A DNA stretch of 63,876 nt, filler included, from Dehalococcoidia bacterium (lineage in GTDB: Bacteria; Chloroflexota; Dehalococcoidia; DSTF01; RBG-16-68-14), in NCBI GenBank assembly GCA_040882355.1. It is 3 parts of 3 records of this genome, joined end to end, with 100 filler letters (N's around TTAATTAATTAA, not from the genome) between each part and the next. Parts side by side here need not be neighbours in the genome. Positions count along the whole stretch, not along the records: positions 1 to 25,619 come from JBBEBM010000040.1; positions 25,720 to 49,832 come from JBBEBM010000041.1; 1 more part is not named here. One strand, given 5' to 3'. Within the stretch, counting starts at the first letter, position 1. Each line of letters begins with the position of its first letter. The position numbers were made by a program, and so were the translations under genes. The notes beneath the pieces were generated by a model that ran no database searches, was not told where the DNA came from, and saw only the letters and a list, made by a program, of their open reading frames with translations. This document shows positions 20,263 to 29,009 of the stretch, in pieces.

Positions 20263-20718
20263 ATGGCAAACGCTGTGCCCAAACGCCCGAAGCCCAAGCC
20301 GACTCCTGAAACGAAAGCCTACTGGGACGCGTGCGCCGAACGCCGGCTCACGCTCCAACGATGCCTCGACTGTCCCGGCCACCCCGCGTACTTCTATCCA
20401 CGCCCGTTCTGTCCGGCCTGCCTCTCGCGGAACATCGAGTCGTTCGAGGCGTCCGGACGCGGCACGCTCCACACATACGTGATCGCCCATCGAGGCGCTC
20501 CTGGTTTCGGCGACGGGCCCTATGTGATCGCCGTTGTTGAGCTGGACGAGGGCCCGCGAATGATGTCGAACATCGTGGGGGTCGAGCCGGCTCCGGAGCA
20601 CCTGCCGGTCGGCCTTGCGCTCGAGGTGACCTGGGAAGAGCTCCCGGCCGATGACCGGGACGGCGAGGGAACGCCCCTCTTCCTGCCCCTCTTTCGCCCG
20701 CTGGGAGCTTCCTCGTGA
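20263..20718 (+). CDS. Zn-ribbon/OB-fold DUF35 (ChsH2-like) acyl-CoA-binding protein
   Basis: YWDA....L..QRC..C...FYPRPFCP.C, SGRG.LHTY, VELDEGPRMMSNI; overlaps thiolase start. Confidence 0.92.
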   Translation: MANAVPKRPKPKPTPETKAYWDACAERRLTLQRCLDCPGHPAYFYPRPFCPACLSRNIESFEASGRGTLHTYVIAHRGAPGFGDGPYVIAVVELDEGPRMMSNIVGVEPAPEHLPVGLALEVTWEELPADDRDGEGTPLFLPLFRPLGASS

Positions 20719-21866
20719 GCGGCGACCTGCGAATGGCCGCGGCGATCGTCGGCGCCGCCGAAACCGAGGAGCTGGGCGTCATCCCGGACAAGTCCGCCCT
20801 GCAGTTGCACGCCGACGGCGCTATTCGGGCCCTGGCGGACGCCGGCATCGACAAGTCTGAGGTTGATGGGGTACTCACGGCCGGCTCGCCGTCACAGATC
20901 GCCGAGTACCTGCAGCTGGAGCCGACGTTCGTCGATGGCACATCGGTAGGCGGGTGCTCGTTCATGCTCCACGTCGCGCACGCCGCGATGGCGCTCGCGA
21001 CAGGGCGCTGCAACGTCGCGCTCATCACGCACGGCCAGAGCGGCCGCTCCCGCGTGGGCGAGGGCGGGCGGTGGGGCGGCGCCGAGACGCCGTCCGGCCA
21101 GTTCGAGAGTCCGTACGGCGCCTGGGGCCCGCCATCCAGCTTCACGATTCCCATCGTGCGGCACATGCACCAGTACGGCACGACCGAGGAGCAGCTCGCT
21201 TCGGTCGCCGTCGCCCAGCGCCGGTGGGCCGAGCGGAACCCGCGCGCGATGATGCGCGACGCGATCACGGTGGACGACGTCCTGGACTCGCGCCTGATCT
21301 GCTGGCCCGTGCATCTCCTCGAATGCTGTCTTGTGACCGACGGCGGCGGTGCGCTGGTGATGGTGCGCGCCGAACGCGCGAAGGAGTTCCCAAAGAAGCC
21401 CGTCTACGTTCTCGGCATGGGCGAGTCCGTCGAGATGTCGATGATCTCCCAGATGCACGACTTCTCATCGTCACGCGCCTTCGTGACGAGCGGTCGCGAG
21501 GCCTTCAAGGTCGCGGGCATCGACCGTCGCGACGTCAACCACGTGATGATCTACGACGCCTTCGCGCATTTGCCGATCTTCGGCATGGAAGACCTGGGAC
21601 TCCTCAAGCGAGGGGAGGCCGGCCCCTGGTTCGCCGAGATGCGCTCGGCGCCCGGCGGTGACCTCCCCGTCAACACGAACGGTGGAGGGCTCTCGTACAC
21701 CCACACGGGCATGTACGGGATGTTCGCGATCCAGGAGAGCGTACGCCAGCTCCGTGGCGAGGCGGCGGCCCAGGTGCCGGGCGTGCGCGTGAGCCTCGCG
21801 CACGGGGTCGGCGGCATGTTCTACGCCGCCGGGACGCTCATCCTCACCAACGACGCGGGCGCTTAG
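20715..21866 (+). CDS. SCP-x/Ltp2-like thiolase-superfamily protein
   Basis: GGCS, ECCLVTDGGGA, YDAF, NTNGGGLSYTHTGMYG. Confidence 0.9.
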   Translation: MSGDLRMAAAIVGAAETEELGVIPDKSALQLHADGAIRALADAGIDKSEVDGVLTAGSPSQIAEYLQLEPTFVDGTSVGGCSFMLHVAHAAMALATGRCNVALITHGQSGRSRVGEGGRWGGAETPSGQFESPYGAWGPPSSFTIPIVRHMHQYGTTEEQLASVAVAQRRWAERNPRAMMRDAITVDDVLDSRLICWPVHLLECCLVTDGGGALVMVRAERAKEFPKKPVYVLGMGESVEMSMISQMHDFSSSRAFVTSGREAFKVAGIDRRDVNHVMIYDAFAHLPIFGMEDLGLLKRGEAGPWFAEMRSAPGGDLPVNTNGGGLSYTHTGMYGMFAIQESVRQLRGEAAAQVPGVRVSLAHGVGGMFYAAGTLILTNDAGA

Positions 21867-21981
21867 GCCGCGCGCCACGCATTGAGTGGCGCGGGCCCGC
21901 CGCCCCCAAACCCGCCACGAGTCCATCTTGACGTCTCATTGCGACATCCGTAAGCTCTGGTAGCCAGGAGCGTACCGAATC

Positions 21982-23097
21982 ATGAATTTTGGCCTCACAG
22001 AAGAACAGGAAGTCCTACGGACCGTGGCTCGCCGGTTCCTTGACGAACGCGCGCCGATGGCGGCCGTCCGGGCGGTCATGGAGTCGCCAGAGGAGTTCGA
22101 CGAAGCGCTCTGGGCGAGCATGGCTGAGCTAGGCTGGCTCGGGCTGATCGTCCACGAGGACCACGGGGGCGCCGGGCTCGGCTGGGTCGACCTGGTCGTG
22201 CTTCTCGAGGAGACGGGGCGCGGTCTCCTGCCCTCGCCCCTCATTCCCACCTCGCTTGCTGCCGCCGCAATCTCCGAGTTCGGAACGAACGAGCAGAAGC
22301 GGCGCTACCTGCCATCGCTCGCCGACGGCAGCGCGATCGGGACGCTCGCGGTGCTGGAGGACAGCGACGTGCTCGGTCCTGACGGAATCGCGCTGTCCGG
22401 AAGGCCCGAGGACGGCGGATATCGCCTGACCGGCGCCAAGCGATTCGTCCACGGTGCGGGAGCGGCCACGATCTTCATCGTCCCGTTCCTCAAGGGCGGG
22501 AGGGAGATCGCCTTGGGCATCGTCGAGTCCAACGCCGAGGGCGTGTCGTCCAGGAGCCACCCGACGATGGACGAGACGAAGCCGATGGGCGACGTCACGT
22601 TCGACAACGTGCTCGTCCCGTCAGGCGCTCTCCTTGCAGGAGACGGAACCGCCGCGCTCGCTCGGCTGCTCGACCTGGCGGCTGTCGCCGTCACGGCCGA
22701 GGCGGTTGGCGCGATGGACAAGGCCCTCGAGATCACCAGCCAGTACGCCAAGGACCGCATTCAGTTCGACGCGCCCATCGGCAAGTACCAGGGCGTCAAG
22801 CACCCGCTCGCCGAGATGTACGTCGATGTGGAGACCAGCAGATCGCTGCTCTACTACGCCGCCTGGTGCGCTCAGGAACAGCCCGGGGACCTACCGCTGG
22901 CGGCGTCGCGCGCGAAGGCGTACGCCAGCGAGTCGTTCTCACGCATCGGCATCGATGGCGTGCAGTTGCATGGCGCCATCGGCTTCACCGCGGAGTACGA
23001 CATCCAGCTCTATCTCAAGCGCTCCAAGTGGGCGCTTCCTGCGTTCGGCGACGCCGATCACCACTACGAACGGGTAGCCGTTCTGGGAGGGTACTAG
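21982..23097 (+). CDS. Acyl-CoA dehydrogenase (short partner subunit type)
   Basis: MNFGLTEEQ, ELGW.G, YAKDRIQFD.PIG.YQGVKH, QLHGAIGFT.E. Confidence 0.92.
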   Translation: MNFGLTEEQEVLRTVARRFLDERAPMAAVRAVMESPEEFDEALWASMAELGWLGLIVHEDHGGAGLGWVDLVVLLEETGRGLLPSPLIPTSLAAAAISEFGTNEQKRRYLPSLADGSAIGTLAVLEDSDVLGPDGIALSGRPEDGGYRLTGAKRFVHGAGAATIFIVPFLKGGREIALGIVESNAEGVSSRSHPTMDETKPMGDVTFDNVLVPSGALLAGDGTAALARLLDLAAVAVTAEAVGAMDKALEITSQYAKDRIQFDAPIGKYQGVKHPLAEMYVDVETSRSLLYYAAWCAQEQPGDLPLAASRAKAYASESFSRIGIDGVQLHGAIGFTAEYDIQLYLKRSKWALPAFGDADHHYERVAVLGGY

Positions 23098-24260
23098 TGG
23101 ACTTCAACCTGACAGCCGAGGAGGAGGCGTTCCGCGACGAGGTGCGCGCGTTCATCAAGGAGCGATTCTCGCCCGAAGCGCGCAAGGACCCGAAGTTCAT
23201 CTTCAACTGGCTCAAGAGCGTCCGCGAGAAGCGCTGGGTCGGCTTCAACTGGCCCTCGGAGTATGGCGGAGGCGGTGGCGGCATCATGGAACAGGTGATC
23301 CTGAAGGAGGAGATGGCGAAGGCCGGCGCGCCCCCGCTGGGTACGTCTATGATGGGGCTCCAGTGGGTCGGGCCGGCACTGATCGAGTATGGGACCGAGG
23401 AGCAGAAGAAGCGCTTCCTGCCCGACATCCTCGACAGCAAGTACCAGTGGTGTACCGGCTACTCCGAGCCGGGCTCCGGCAGCGACCTCGCGTCGCTCCA
23501 GTGCCGGGCCGTGCGCGACGGCGACGAATACGTCGTGAACGGCCAGAAGATCTGGACGTCAGGGGCCGCTTACTCCAAGTGGATCATCCTGCTCACGCGC
23601 ACCGACTTCGACGTAGCGAACAAGCACGACGGCATCACGTGCCTGCTGGTCGAGATGGACTCGCCCGGCGTTGAGGTGAGGCCGATCAAGAACATGGCGG
23701 GCAGCTCGCACTTCGCGGAGGTCTTCTTCGAAGACGTGCGCGTGCCGGTCGAGAACCGCCTCGGCGACGACGGCAAGGGCTGGGCCGTGACGGTGTCCGC
23801 TCTCGCCCACGAGCGGTCCGGCATTTCGGAGGTCGCGGGCCTGATCACGCAGCTCGCTCAGGTTGTCGAGCTGGCGAAGCGCACGCAGCGCAACGGACGC
23901 CCGGCGTCGGAGCATCCCGGCATCCGCCACCGCCTCGCCAAGGCAGACACGATCATCGAAGGCATGCGCCTGAACGGCCAGCGCTTCCTCACGAAGCAGC
24001 TCAAGGGCGAGAAGCTCTCCAGCGAGACTTCGATCAACAAGCTCCACCGCGCGTTCCTCGCGATCGAGCTGGGCGACCTCGCCCTGGAGATCATGGGCAG
24101 CGCCAGCCAGTACACGACCCATACGGAAGCCGACGCCGACGACCTGGGCCGCTGGACATCGGGCGCGCTGGGCTGGCCAGCCGTCGTCATCGGCGGCGGC
24201 ACACCGAACATCCAGCGCAACATCATCGCGGAGCGCATCCTGGGCCTGCCGAAAGACTAG
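23097..24260 (+). CDS. Acyl-CoA dehydrogenase (FadE-like partner subunit)
   Basis: GTG overlaps upstream TAG; WCTGYSEPGSGSDLASL, NGQKIWTS, EVFF, HER, IGGGTPNIQRNIIAERILGLP. Confidence 0.95.
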   Translation: MDFNLTAEEEAFRDEVRAFIKERFSPEARKDPKFIFNWLKSVREKRWVGFNWPSEYGGGGGGIMEQVILKEEMAKAGAPPLGTSMMGLQWVGPALIEYGTEEQKKRFLPDILDSKYQWCTGYSEPGSGSDLASLQCRAVRDGDEYVVNGQKIWTSGAAYSKWIILLTRTDFDVANKHDGITCLLVEMDSPGVEVRPIKNMAGSSHFAEVFFEDVRVPVENRLGDDGKGWAVTVSALAHERSGISEVAGLITQLAQVVELAKRTQRNGRPASEHPGIRHRLAKADTIIEGMRLNGQRFLTKQLKGEKLSSETSINKLHRAFLAIELGDLALEIMGSASQYTTHTEADADDLGRWTSGALGWPAVVIGGGTPNIQRNIIAERILGLPKD

Positions 24261-24285
24261 CCGGCGCCGGCGGCCGAACGGGTGC

Positions 24286-24361
24286 TGGCGCCCCCGGCAG
24301 GACTCGAACCTGCAACCTGCGGATTAGAAGTCCGCTGCTCTGTCCGTTGAGCTACGGGGGC
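24286..24361 (-). tRNA. tRNA-Arg (anticodon TCT)
   Basis: 76 nt cloverleaf: GCCCCCG/CGGGGGC acceptor stem, TAGCTCA D-arm, anticodon loop CTTCTAA, GGTTCGAGTCC T-arm, encoded CCA. Confidence 0.97.
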
Positions 24362-24380
24362 GCGGAGGTTGTGCTGGCTG

Positions 24381-24881
24381 CTAGACCTGCGCGGGTCTGC
24401 GCACGGTCTCGACGCGATGATAGCGGCCCGGGCCGCGCCCGCCCTCGTTGATGCTCACCACCTCCGTGTCGGAGAGGTCAGGGTCCGTCGTCAGGTGCTT
24501 CTGCACGATGCGCCCCAGCGGCTGCGCGACGAGCACCGCCAGCATCGACGCCAGCAGGACGTTCGGGATGCGCTCCAGCCGGCTGCGGTTGCCCAGCGCC
24601 ACGATCGACGAGAGCCCGGCGAGGATGCCCGCGACGGCCAGGTTCGTCCCGCACATCGGCGAGACGGCCAGGTGCGCTTCGCCGCGACGCAGGCGCTCCA
24701 GCGCCTCCTGGGCAGCGACCTCCACCTGCTCGGCCTGCATGTCGCCGTAGAGGTAGTAGCCGTTGCGCGTCGCCCGCCCGATCAGCCGGACGTCGCGCCC
24801 GAGACGATTCGCCAGCACCGCGATCGTCGCGTGCTCCAGCGCGTGGTTGCGGCGGATAGAGCCGATGGTCTGGCCAATCAT
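24381..24881 (-). CDS. DUF6391-like membrane protein
   Basis: IRRNHALEHAT, L..GE..LAVSP.CGTN, two hydrophobic segments. Confidence 0.75.
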   Translation of the reverse strand: MIGQTIGSIRRNHALEHATIAVLANRLGRDVRLIGRATRNGYYLYGDMQAEQVEVAAQEALERLRRGEAHLAVSPMCGTNLAVAGILAGLSSIVALGNRSRLERIPNVLLASMLAVLVAQPLGRIVQKHLTTDPDLSDTEVVSINEGGRGPGRYHRVETVRRPAQV

Positions 24882-24948
24882 GTCGTCCTCGCGCGCAGTA
24901 TACCACAGCCGCCCAATTCGACCCGAACGGCGGGCGGTTCTCGCCCAT

Positions 24949-24975
24949 CCGTAGCCGAGCCTTTCCAGGCTCGGC
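24949..24975 (+). repeat. GTAG-type REP-like palindrome
   Basis: ccGTAGccgagcctttccaggctcggc, identical to the left arm at 38717. Confidence 0.8.
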
Positions 24976-25120
24976 GCGGCTCTTGTCACCCTGCCGGGCA
25001 CCCTACGGAGATGCGCCGGGGGCTAGGAACGCTGATTCCGCCTGTCGTTGATGGTAGATGCGAGATTCTTCGCGGAGTCAATCCTGAGCCAGAGGCGAAA
25101 GGCTCAGAGTGACAGGCGCG

Positions 25121-25619
25121 CTACGGGCAGGGAGCGCCGGTGAGCGCCGCGCCGGTGGGGATCGCGTTCATCGAGCTGTTGGCCAATACATTTACGTTGC
25201 CGAAGTGGTACCCACACGAGGCGAAGGCGGCGCCCTGCACGTAGCGCTTCTGGCCGTTCTGCATGACGTACACGTACGGCCCCGAACCGATGATGAGGGA
25301 GCCCGTTGGCGGCAAAAGACGCGGGCAGGGCGGCCCGGCGACGTTCGAGCCCTGCGGCACCGTGTTCAACATGAGATCGGAGACGGAGCGGACCGCGTCG
25401 CCGCCGTAACCGCACTGCAGCATCGCATTCAGGTTGGTGACATATCGTCGCGTGCCGTTGTCCGTGACGTAGGTCGCGAGGCCGCTGCCGCGCAACAGGT
25501 TGCCCGTCGAGAGCGAATTGAGCACGGGCTCGCCCCCGGGTATCAAGGCGAGCGATCCTTGGCGGAGCGGGTTGATGTCGCCCCAGCGATAGCCGTTCGC
25601 CTCGAACGTGATGCCGTTC
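25121..25619 (-). CDS. 3' part of a probably secreted protein with tandem ~55-60 aa repeats (5' end lost at contig break)
   Basis: Repeats G.L..GSG...Y....G..RYV......CGY....V..........P.G. Confidence 0.65.
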
Positions 25620-25719
25620 NNNNNNNNNNNNNNNNNNNNNNNNNNNNNNNNNNNNNNNNNNNNTTAATTAATTAANNNNNNNNNNNNNNNNNNNNNNNNN
25701 NNNNNNNNNNNNNNNNNNN
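25620..25719. other. Artificial contig linker
   Basis: N-run with central TTAATTAATTAA (stops in all six frames). Confidence 0.98.
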
Positions 25720-25768
25720 ATGAGCCGGGGTCTCCGTTCCTGCTCCATTGACTTCCTTGTCGTCGCTG

Positions 25769-25801
25769 GTGGGCGGCCCCCGCTTGGCGGGGACCGCCCA
25801 C
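25769..25801 (-). terminator. Strong GC hairpin downstream of archaellin (terminator or mRNA-stabilising stem)
   Basis: gtgggcggcccccgc-ttg-gcggggaccgcccac; no U-tract; a further minus-strand ATG with RBS follows at 25748. Confidence 0.55.
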
Positions 25802-25828
25802 TGCATTCGTTCCTGGATGATTCGCCGC

Positions 25829-26422
25829 TTAGTGGAGCTGCATGACGGTCGCCAGCTCGGCTGGCAACTGGCGGGTGATGTCGATCACCGCACCGACCGG
25901 GGTCTGCACTTCCAGCGTGAACCGGTTGTTCGCCGCCAGCGTGGGGGCGGGCGTAATGCCCGTCGCCGCGTCGATGTTGATCACCATCAGCTCTCCCGAC
26001 TCCAGCAAGGTGTCGCCGTCGCCAACGACGCTCGTCACGGTGAAGGTGACGTCGTTGTCCACCGTCGTCGGGTCGCGGTAGGCGATGACCGTGCGGTTGT
26101 TCGTGGCGGCCGGGTTGAGCGGGATCGGGTCGCCGCCGGCGGCCGTCGATACCGCAAACTGAACGTCGTCCACGGCCAGGGTCGTGCCCGTTGCCGTGAC
26201 AACGACGCCGCCGCGAATCTCCATGCTGCCTCGTGCCTTGTTCAGTCCTGCGAAGACTGTCTCCTTGCCCCGTTCGGAGCTGAAGACACCTGTGGTCAAC
26301 ACCACGAAGGCGAAGACCGTCGCCACGACCACGAAGGCGATGAGGATGATGGCCGTCTCAAGACCGGTGATCCCCTCTTCCTCTCGGGCCGTGCGGCTGA
26401 GCAGACGAAGTAGCTTCTTCAC
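25829..26422 (-). CDS. flaB: Archaellin (archaeal-type flagellin, FlaB/ArlB family)
   Basis: Class III signal peptide REEEG|ITGLETAIILIAFVVVATVFAFVVL..G; GDGDTLLESGE and FTLEVQTPVGA..ITRQLP typical of archaellins; AGGAGGT RBS. Confidence 0.9.
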   Translation of the reverse strand: MKKLLRLLSRTAREEEGITGLETAIILIAFVVVATVFAFVVLTTGVFSSERGKETVFAGLNKARGSMEIRGGVVVTATGTTLAVDDVQFAVSTAAGGDPIPLNPAATNNRTVIAYRDPTTVDNDVTFTVTSVVGDGDTLLESGELMVINIDAATGITPAPTLAANNRFTLEVQTPVGAVIDITRQLPAELATVMQLH

Positions 26423-26678
26423 TGCTACACCTCCTCTTTCTTGCCTGGTTCTGGCCCGGACCGGAATGGAGATTCCGGTCCGCAGCCGTGTATCCGGCCT
26501 GTTGCGGCCTGTTGCGCCCTCCTCAGCCTTCAGGACTGAAGACGACTCTTATGACCCGCGCGGTCACCCCTACGACCTTCGACATCCTGCCCAAGGCGTA
26601 GGCGTCTGTAGCAGCATCGCCATCAGGTCTTGAGGGGGAGATTAGGGAGAACCCGCATTTTGGGGTCTCGTGCCGGCC

Positions 26679-28385
26679 CTAGCCGCCCGGCGGCAGGATG
26701 TTGATGCTCTGCGTCACAATGAAGTCGAGAGCGATCCGGCTGCCATCCTCCGCTTGCGAGACCTCCAGCATCGCCCAGTGCGTCATCAGCCCGTCCGGCG
26801 TCATGCGCGACAGGCGTACCCGGTACGACGAAGAGCTCGGCTCGCGCAGCATGAGGTCCCAGGTGTCGCGTGCGACCAGGGTTTCGTAAATCGAAGCGAC
26901 TTGAGTCGGCGGCAAGCTGCTGGTCCACTCGACGTGGTAGGGCAAAAGCGCTCCCTCCTCGACGGCGAGCAGCTCACTGTCGTCCGGTAACGGGAAGTCG
27001 GGCGGCAGCTGGGCCAGCACGAGCTTCGATGAGTACGGGTCAGACGGGTCGTCGAAGGGCGGCGCGTCGCCAATGAAAGCCGCGGCAAAGTAAGCACCAG
27101 GGAGCAGCGCGACCGCGAGGCCCAGGCGCGCGGCGGGCGCCCAGCCAGCCGTGGCTCGCGCTGCATCGCTGCGGGCGGCTCCATCCTTGGTGCGAGGTAG
27201 CGTCCCCAGCGCCAGCAGGCAGACGGCGCCGAGCGCCGCGGGTGTGATCCAGTAGAGCCCGCTGGGGCCGGACGTATCGCCGGGCACCATGAAGAAGTGG
27301 CCGGCGGTACCGACCACGTCGTAAGAGAGGTCCACCAGCGGCCAGGGCGTCGCTGCCTGGCTGGCGAGGAGCGCCCCATAGAGGGCCGCACAGGCGATGG
27401 GCGCGGCGAGCGGCCAGCGCATCTCGGTCCTCAGGAAAAGGGCCGCACCTACGGCGATCAGGCCCCAGTCGTAGAAATTGGAGTACGGCGTCACGATCAG
27501 CATGCCGAACGCGACAGCCGCGAGCGCTGCGGCCCGGTCCGCCCGAAGCCAGACGAGCGCGACGGCGCCGAGGCTGAGCAAGGCGAGGTCGAAGACGACG
27601 AGCGGGTTCGCGTCCAGGCCTGCGCTCAATAGGAAGCCGGGCCAGGCGTATTGCCAGGCCTGCTGAACGGGCAGGAGGTTGTCGCTGGCGTCCGAGCCCC
27701 AGTCGAAGACGAGGCCCAGGTACCAGCCGACGGTATCGAAGCCGACCGCGGCGAAGCCGACCACCTGCAGCACAGCAACACAAGCGAGCAGCGACGCCAG
27801 CGCGCGCCCGTCGCGAGTCCAAAGGAGGTAGAGCCCGGGCACGGCCAGATACTGCGGCTTCAGCGCCAGGAAGGCGAAGCAAACGCCGGCGAGCGCGGGA
27901 CGTCGCTGGAGCAGGAGCAGCCCGCTGAGGGCGGCCAGCGCCAGGAAGGGCGTCAGGTGCCCAAAGCGGAGCGCCCAGTGTATCTGCGGGACCGCCAGGA
28001 CGCCGAGCGCCACCGCCAGCTTCGCCTCAGGCGAATCGACGCCGCGCTGCGCCAGGTACGCGACGGCGAGCATCGCCAGTGCGCCTAGCGCGAGGTACGC
28101 GCGATAGGCGTTCTCGATGCCCAGGTAGGTGAGCGGGTGCATGAGGAGCGCGAGGGCCGGCCCGTAGATGCCGTTCGCGTCAAGATGACGGGCGGCGTCG
28201 AAGAACATCGGGAAGTCGCCGAGCTCGTCGGCGCGCCACCACGCCTCGATCGTATCCGGCAGGAGCGTCGCCAGCACGGCGAGCTCGATGCCGACGAACG
28301 CCAGCGCGAGCGCGGAGCGGAGGCCGGCGGCCGTCCACCTCAGCGTTCCGCTTGGCTTCGGGATGGTGAGGGCGATCGAGGACAT
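26679..28385 (-). CDS. GT87/DUF2029-like polytopic glycosyltransferase with C-terminal soluble domain
   Basis: GDF..F..AA, YGP..ALL..PL, L.FGH.T, ALKPQY, PYSNFYD; many TM helices. Confidence 0.75.
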   Translation of the reverse strand: MSSIALTIPKPSGTLRWTAAGLRSALALAFVGIELAVLATLLPDTIEAWWRADELGDFPMFFDAARHLDANGIYGPALALLMHPLTYLGIENAYRAYLALGALAMLAVAYLAQRGVDSPEAKLAVALGVLAVPQIHWALRFGHLTPFLALAALSGLLLLQRRPALAGVCFAFLALKPQYLAVPGLYLLWTRDGRALASLLACVAVLQVVGFAAVGFDTVGWYLGLVFDWGSDASDNLLPVQQAWQYAWPGFLLSAGLDANPLVVFDLALLSLGAVALVWLRADRAAALAAVAFGMLIVTPYSNFYDWGLIAVGAALFLRTEMRWPLAAPIACAALYGALLASQAATPWPLVDLSYDVVGTAGHFFMVPGDTSGPSGLYWITPAALGAVCLLALGTLPRTKDGAARSDAARATAGWAPAARLGLAVALLPGAYFAAAFIGDAPPFDDPSDPYSSKLVLAQLPPDFPLPDDSELLAVEEGALLPYHVEWTSSLPPTQVASIYETLVARDTWDLMLREPSSSSYRVRLSRMTPDGLMTHWAMLEVSQAEDGSRIALDFIVTQSINILPPGG

Positions 28386-28509
28386 GGCGTGACCTCCCGC
28401 TGCGTCAGGCGATTCGCCTACGCCGTGATGCCTACGATTGTCCCCTACGATCGCCGCGCGAGGGCACTAGGAGTCGCCCCGATTTGGCGGGGGCAACACC
28501 CTACCCCTG

Positions 28510-28653
28510 GCAGGGTGCTGATAAACGGGGGTGCAGGGGGCAGCGCCCCATGCCGGGGGGTCTGGGGGGACACCCCCCAGATTCACCAATACTCCCCTGG
28601 GCGGGCGGGTGGGAACGAATGACATTGGTTCTTGGACTTTTTCAGCACCCTGC
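28510..28653. mobile_element. MITE-like non-autonomous element (~144 bp)
   Basis: 12 bp terminal inverted repeats gcagggtgctga / tcagcaccctgc with internal G/C palindromes (ggggtgcagggggcagcgcccc, ctggggggacaccccccag). Confidence 0.65.
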
Positions 28654-29009
28654 TACCGCGTCGCCGGTTGCTGGAGCACCGCGTCTCCGAAGGCGAGCAC
28701 AGTCTCAGCGCCGGCGTTCGTCCGGCGCAGCGTGTGGAAGTACGCGCCCGGCGCGAGGCTGATCGTGTCGTCGTCCGCGACGACGACCTCGCAGACGCCG
28801 CCGGCGGCGTTCGTGATCGTGATGCCCGCGCCGGTCGTCTTCGTGATCAGCGGCTGCGTGCCCCAGGGCCGCTCGCGCAGCACCCACTCCAACGTCCAGC
28901 CGCTGACGTTCTGCGCGAGCCCCTCAGAATCGACGACGCTGAAGCGCAGCGTGCGGTCTTCGCCGATGAACCAGTTGTCGCTCTGCTTGATCGGGCTGTC
29001 TTTGCTCAT
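28653..29009 (-). CDS. Phage baseplate/BppU N-terminal-like protein
   Basis: WFIGEDRTLRFSVVD..G.AQNVSGW..EW..R...ITITNAAGG...V....DT..L..G.Y; ATG overlaps upstream stop; family by recall only. Confidence 0.55.
   Translation of the reverse strand: MSKDSPIKQSDNWFIGEDRTLRFSVVDSEGLAQNVSGWTLEWVLRERPWGTQPLITKTTGAGITITNAAGGVCEVVVADDDTISLAPGAYFHTLRRTNAGAETVLAFGDAVLQQPATR

Larger units (their letters stand above)
17522..24285. mobile_element. tRNA-Arg-anchored genomic islet (no integrase visible)
   Basis: Bracketed by the intact tRNA and a direct repeat of its 3' part. Confidence 0.6.

Noticed and set aside
25620..25719. TTAATTAATTAA palindrome in N-runs (also 49833-49932) as a biological site
   Set aside because: Identical artificial six-frame-stop linker joining contigs; gene adjacency across it is not evidence
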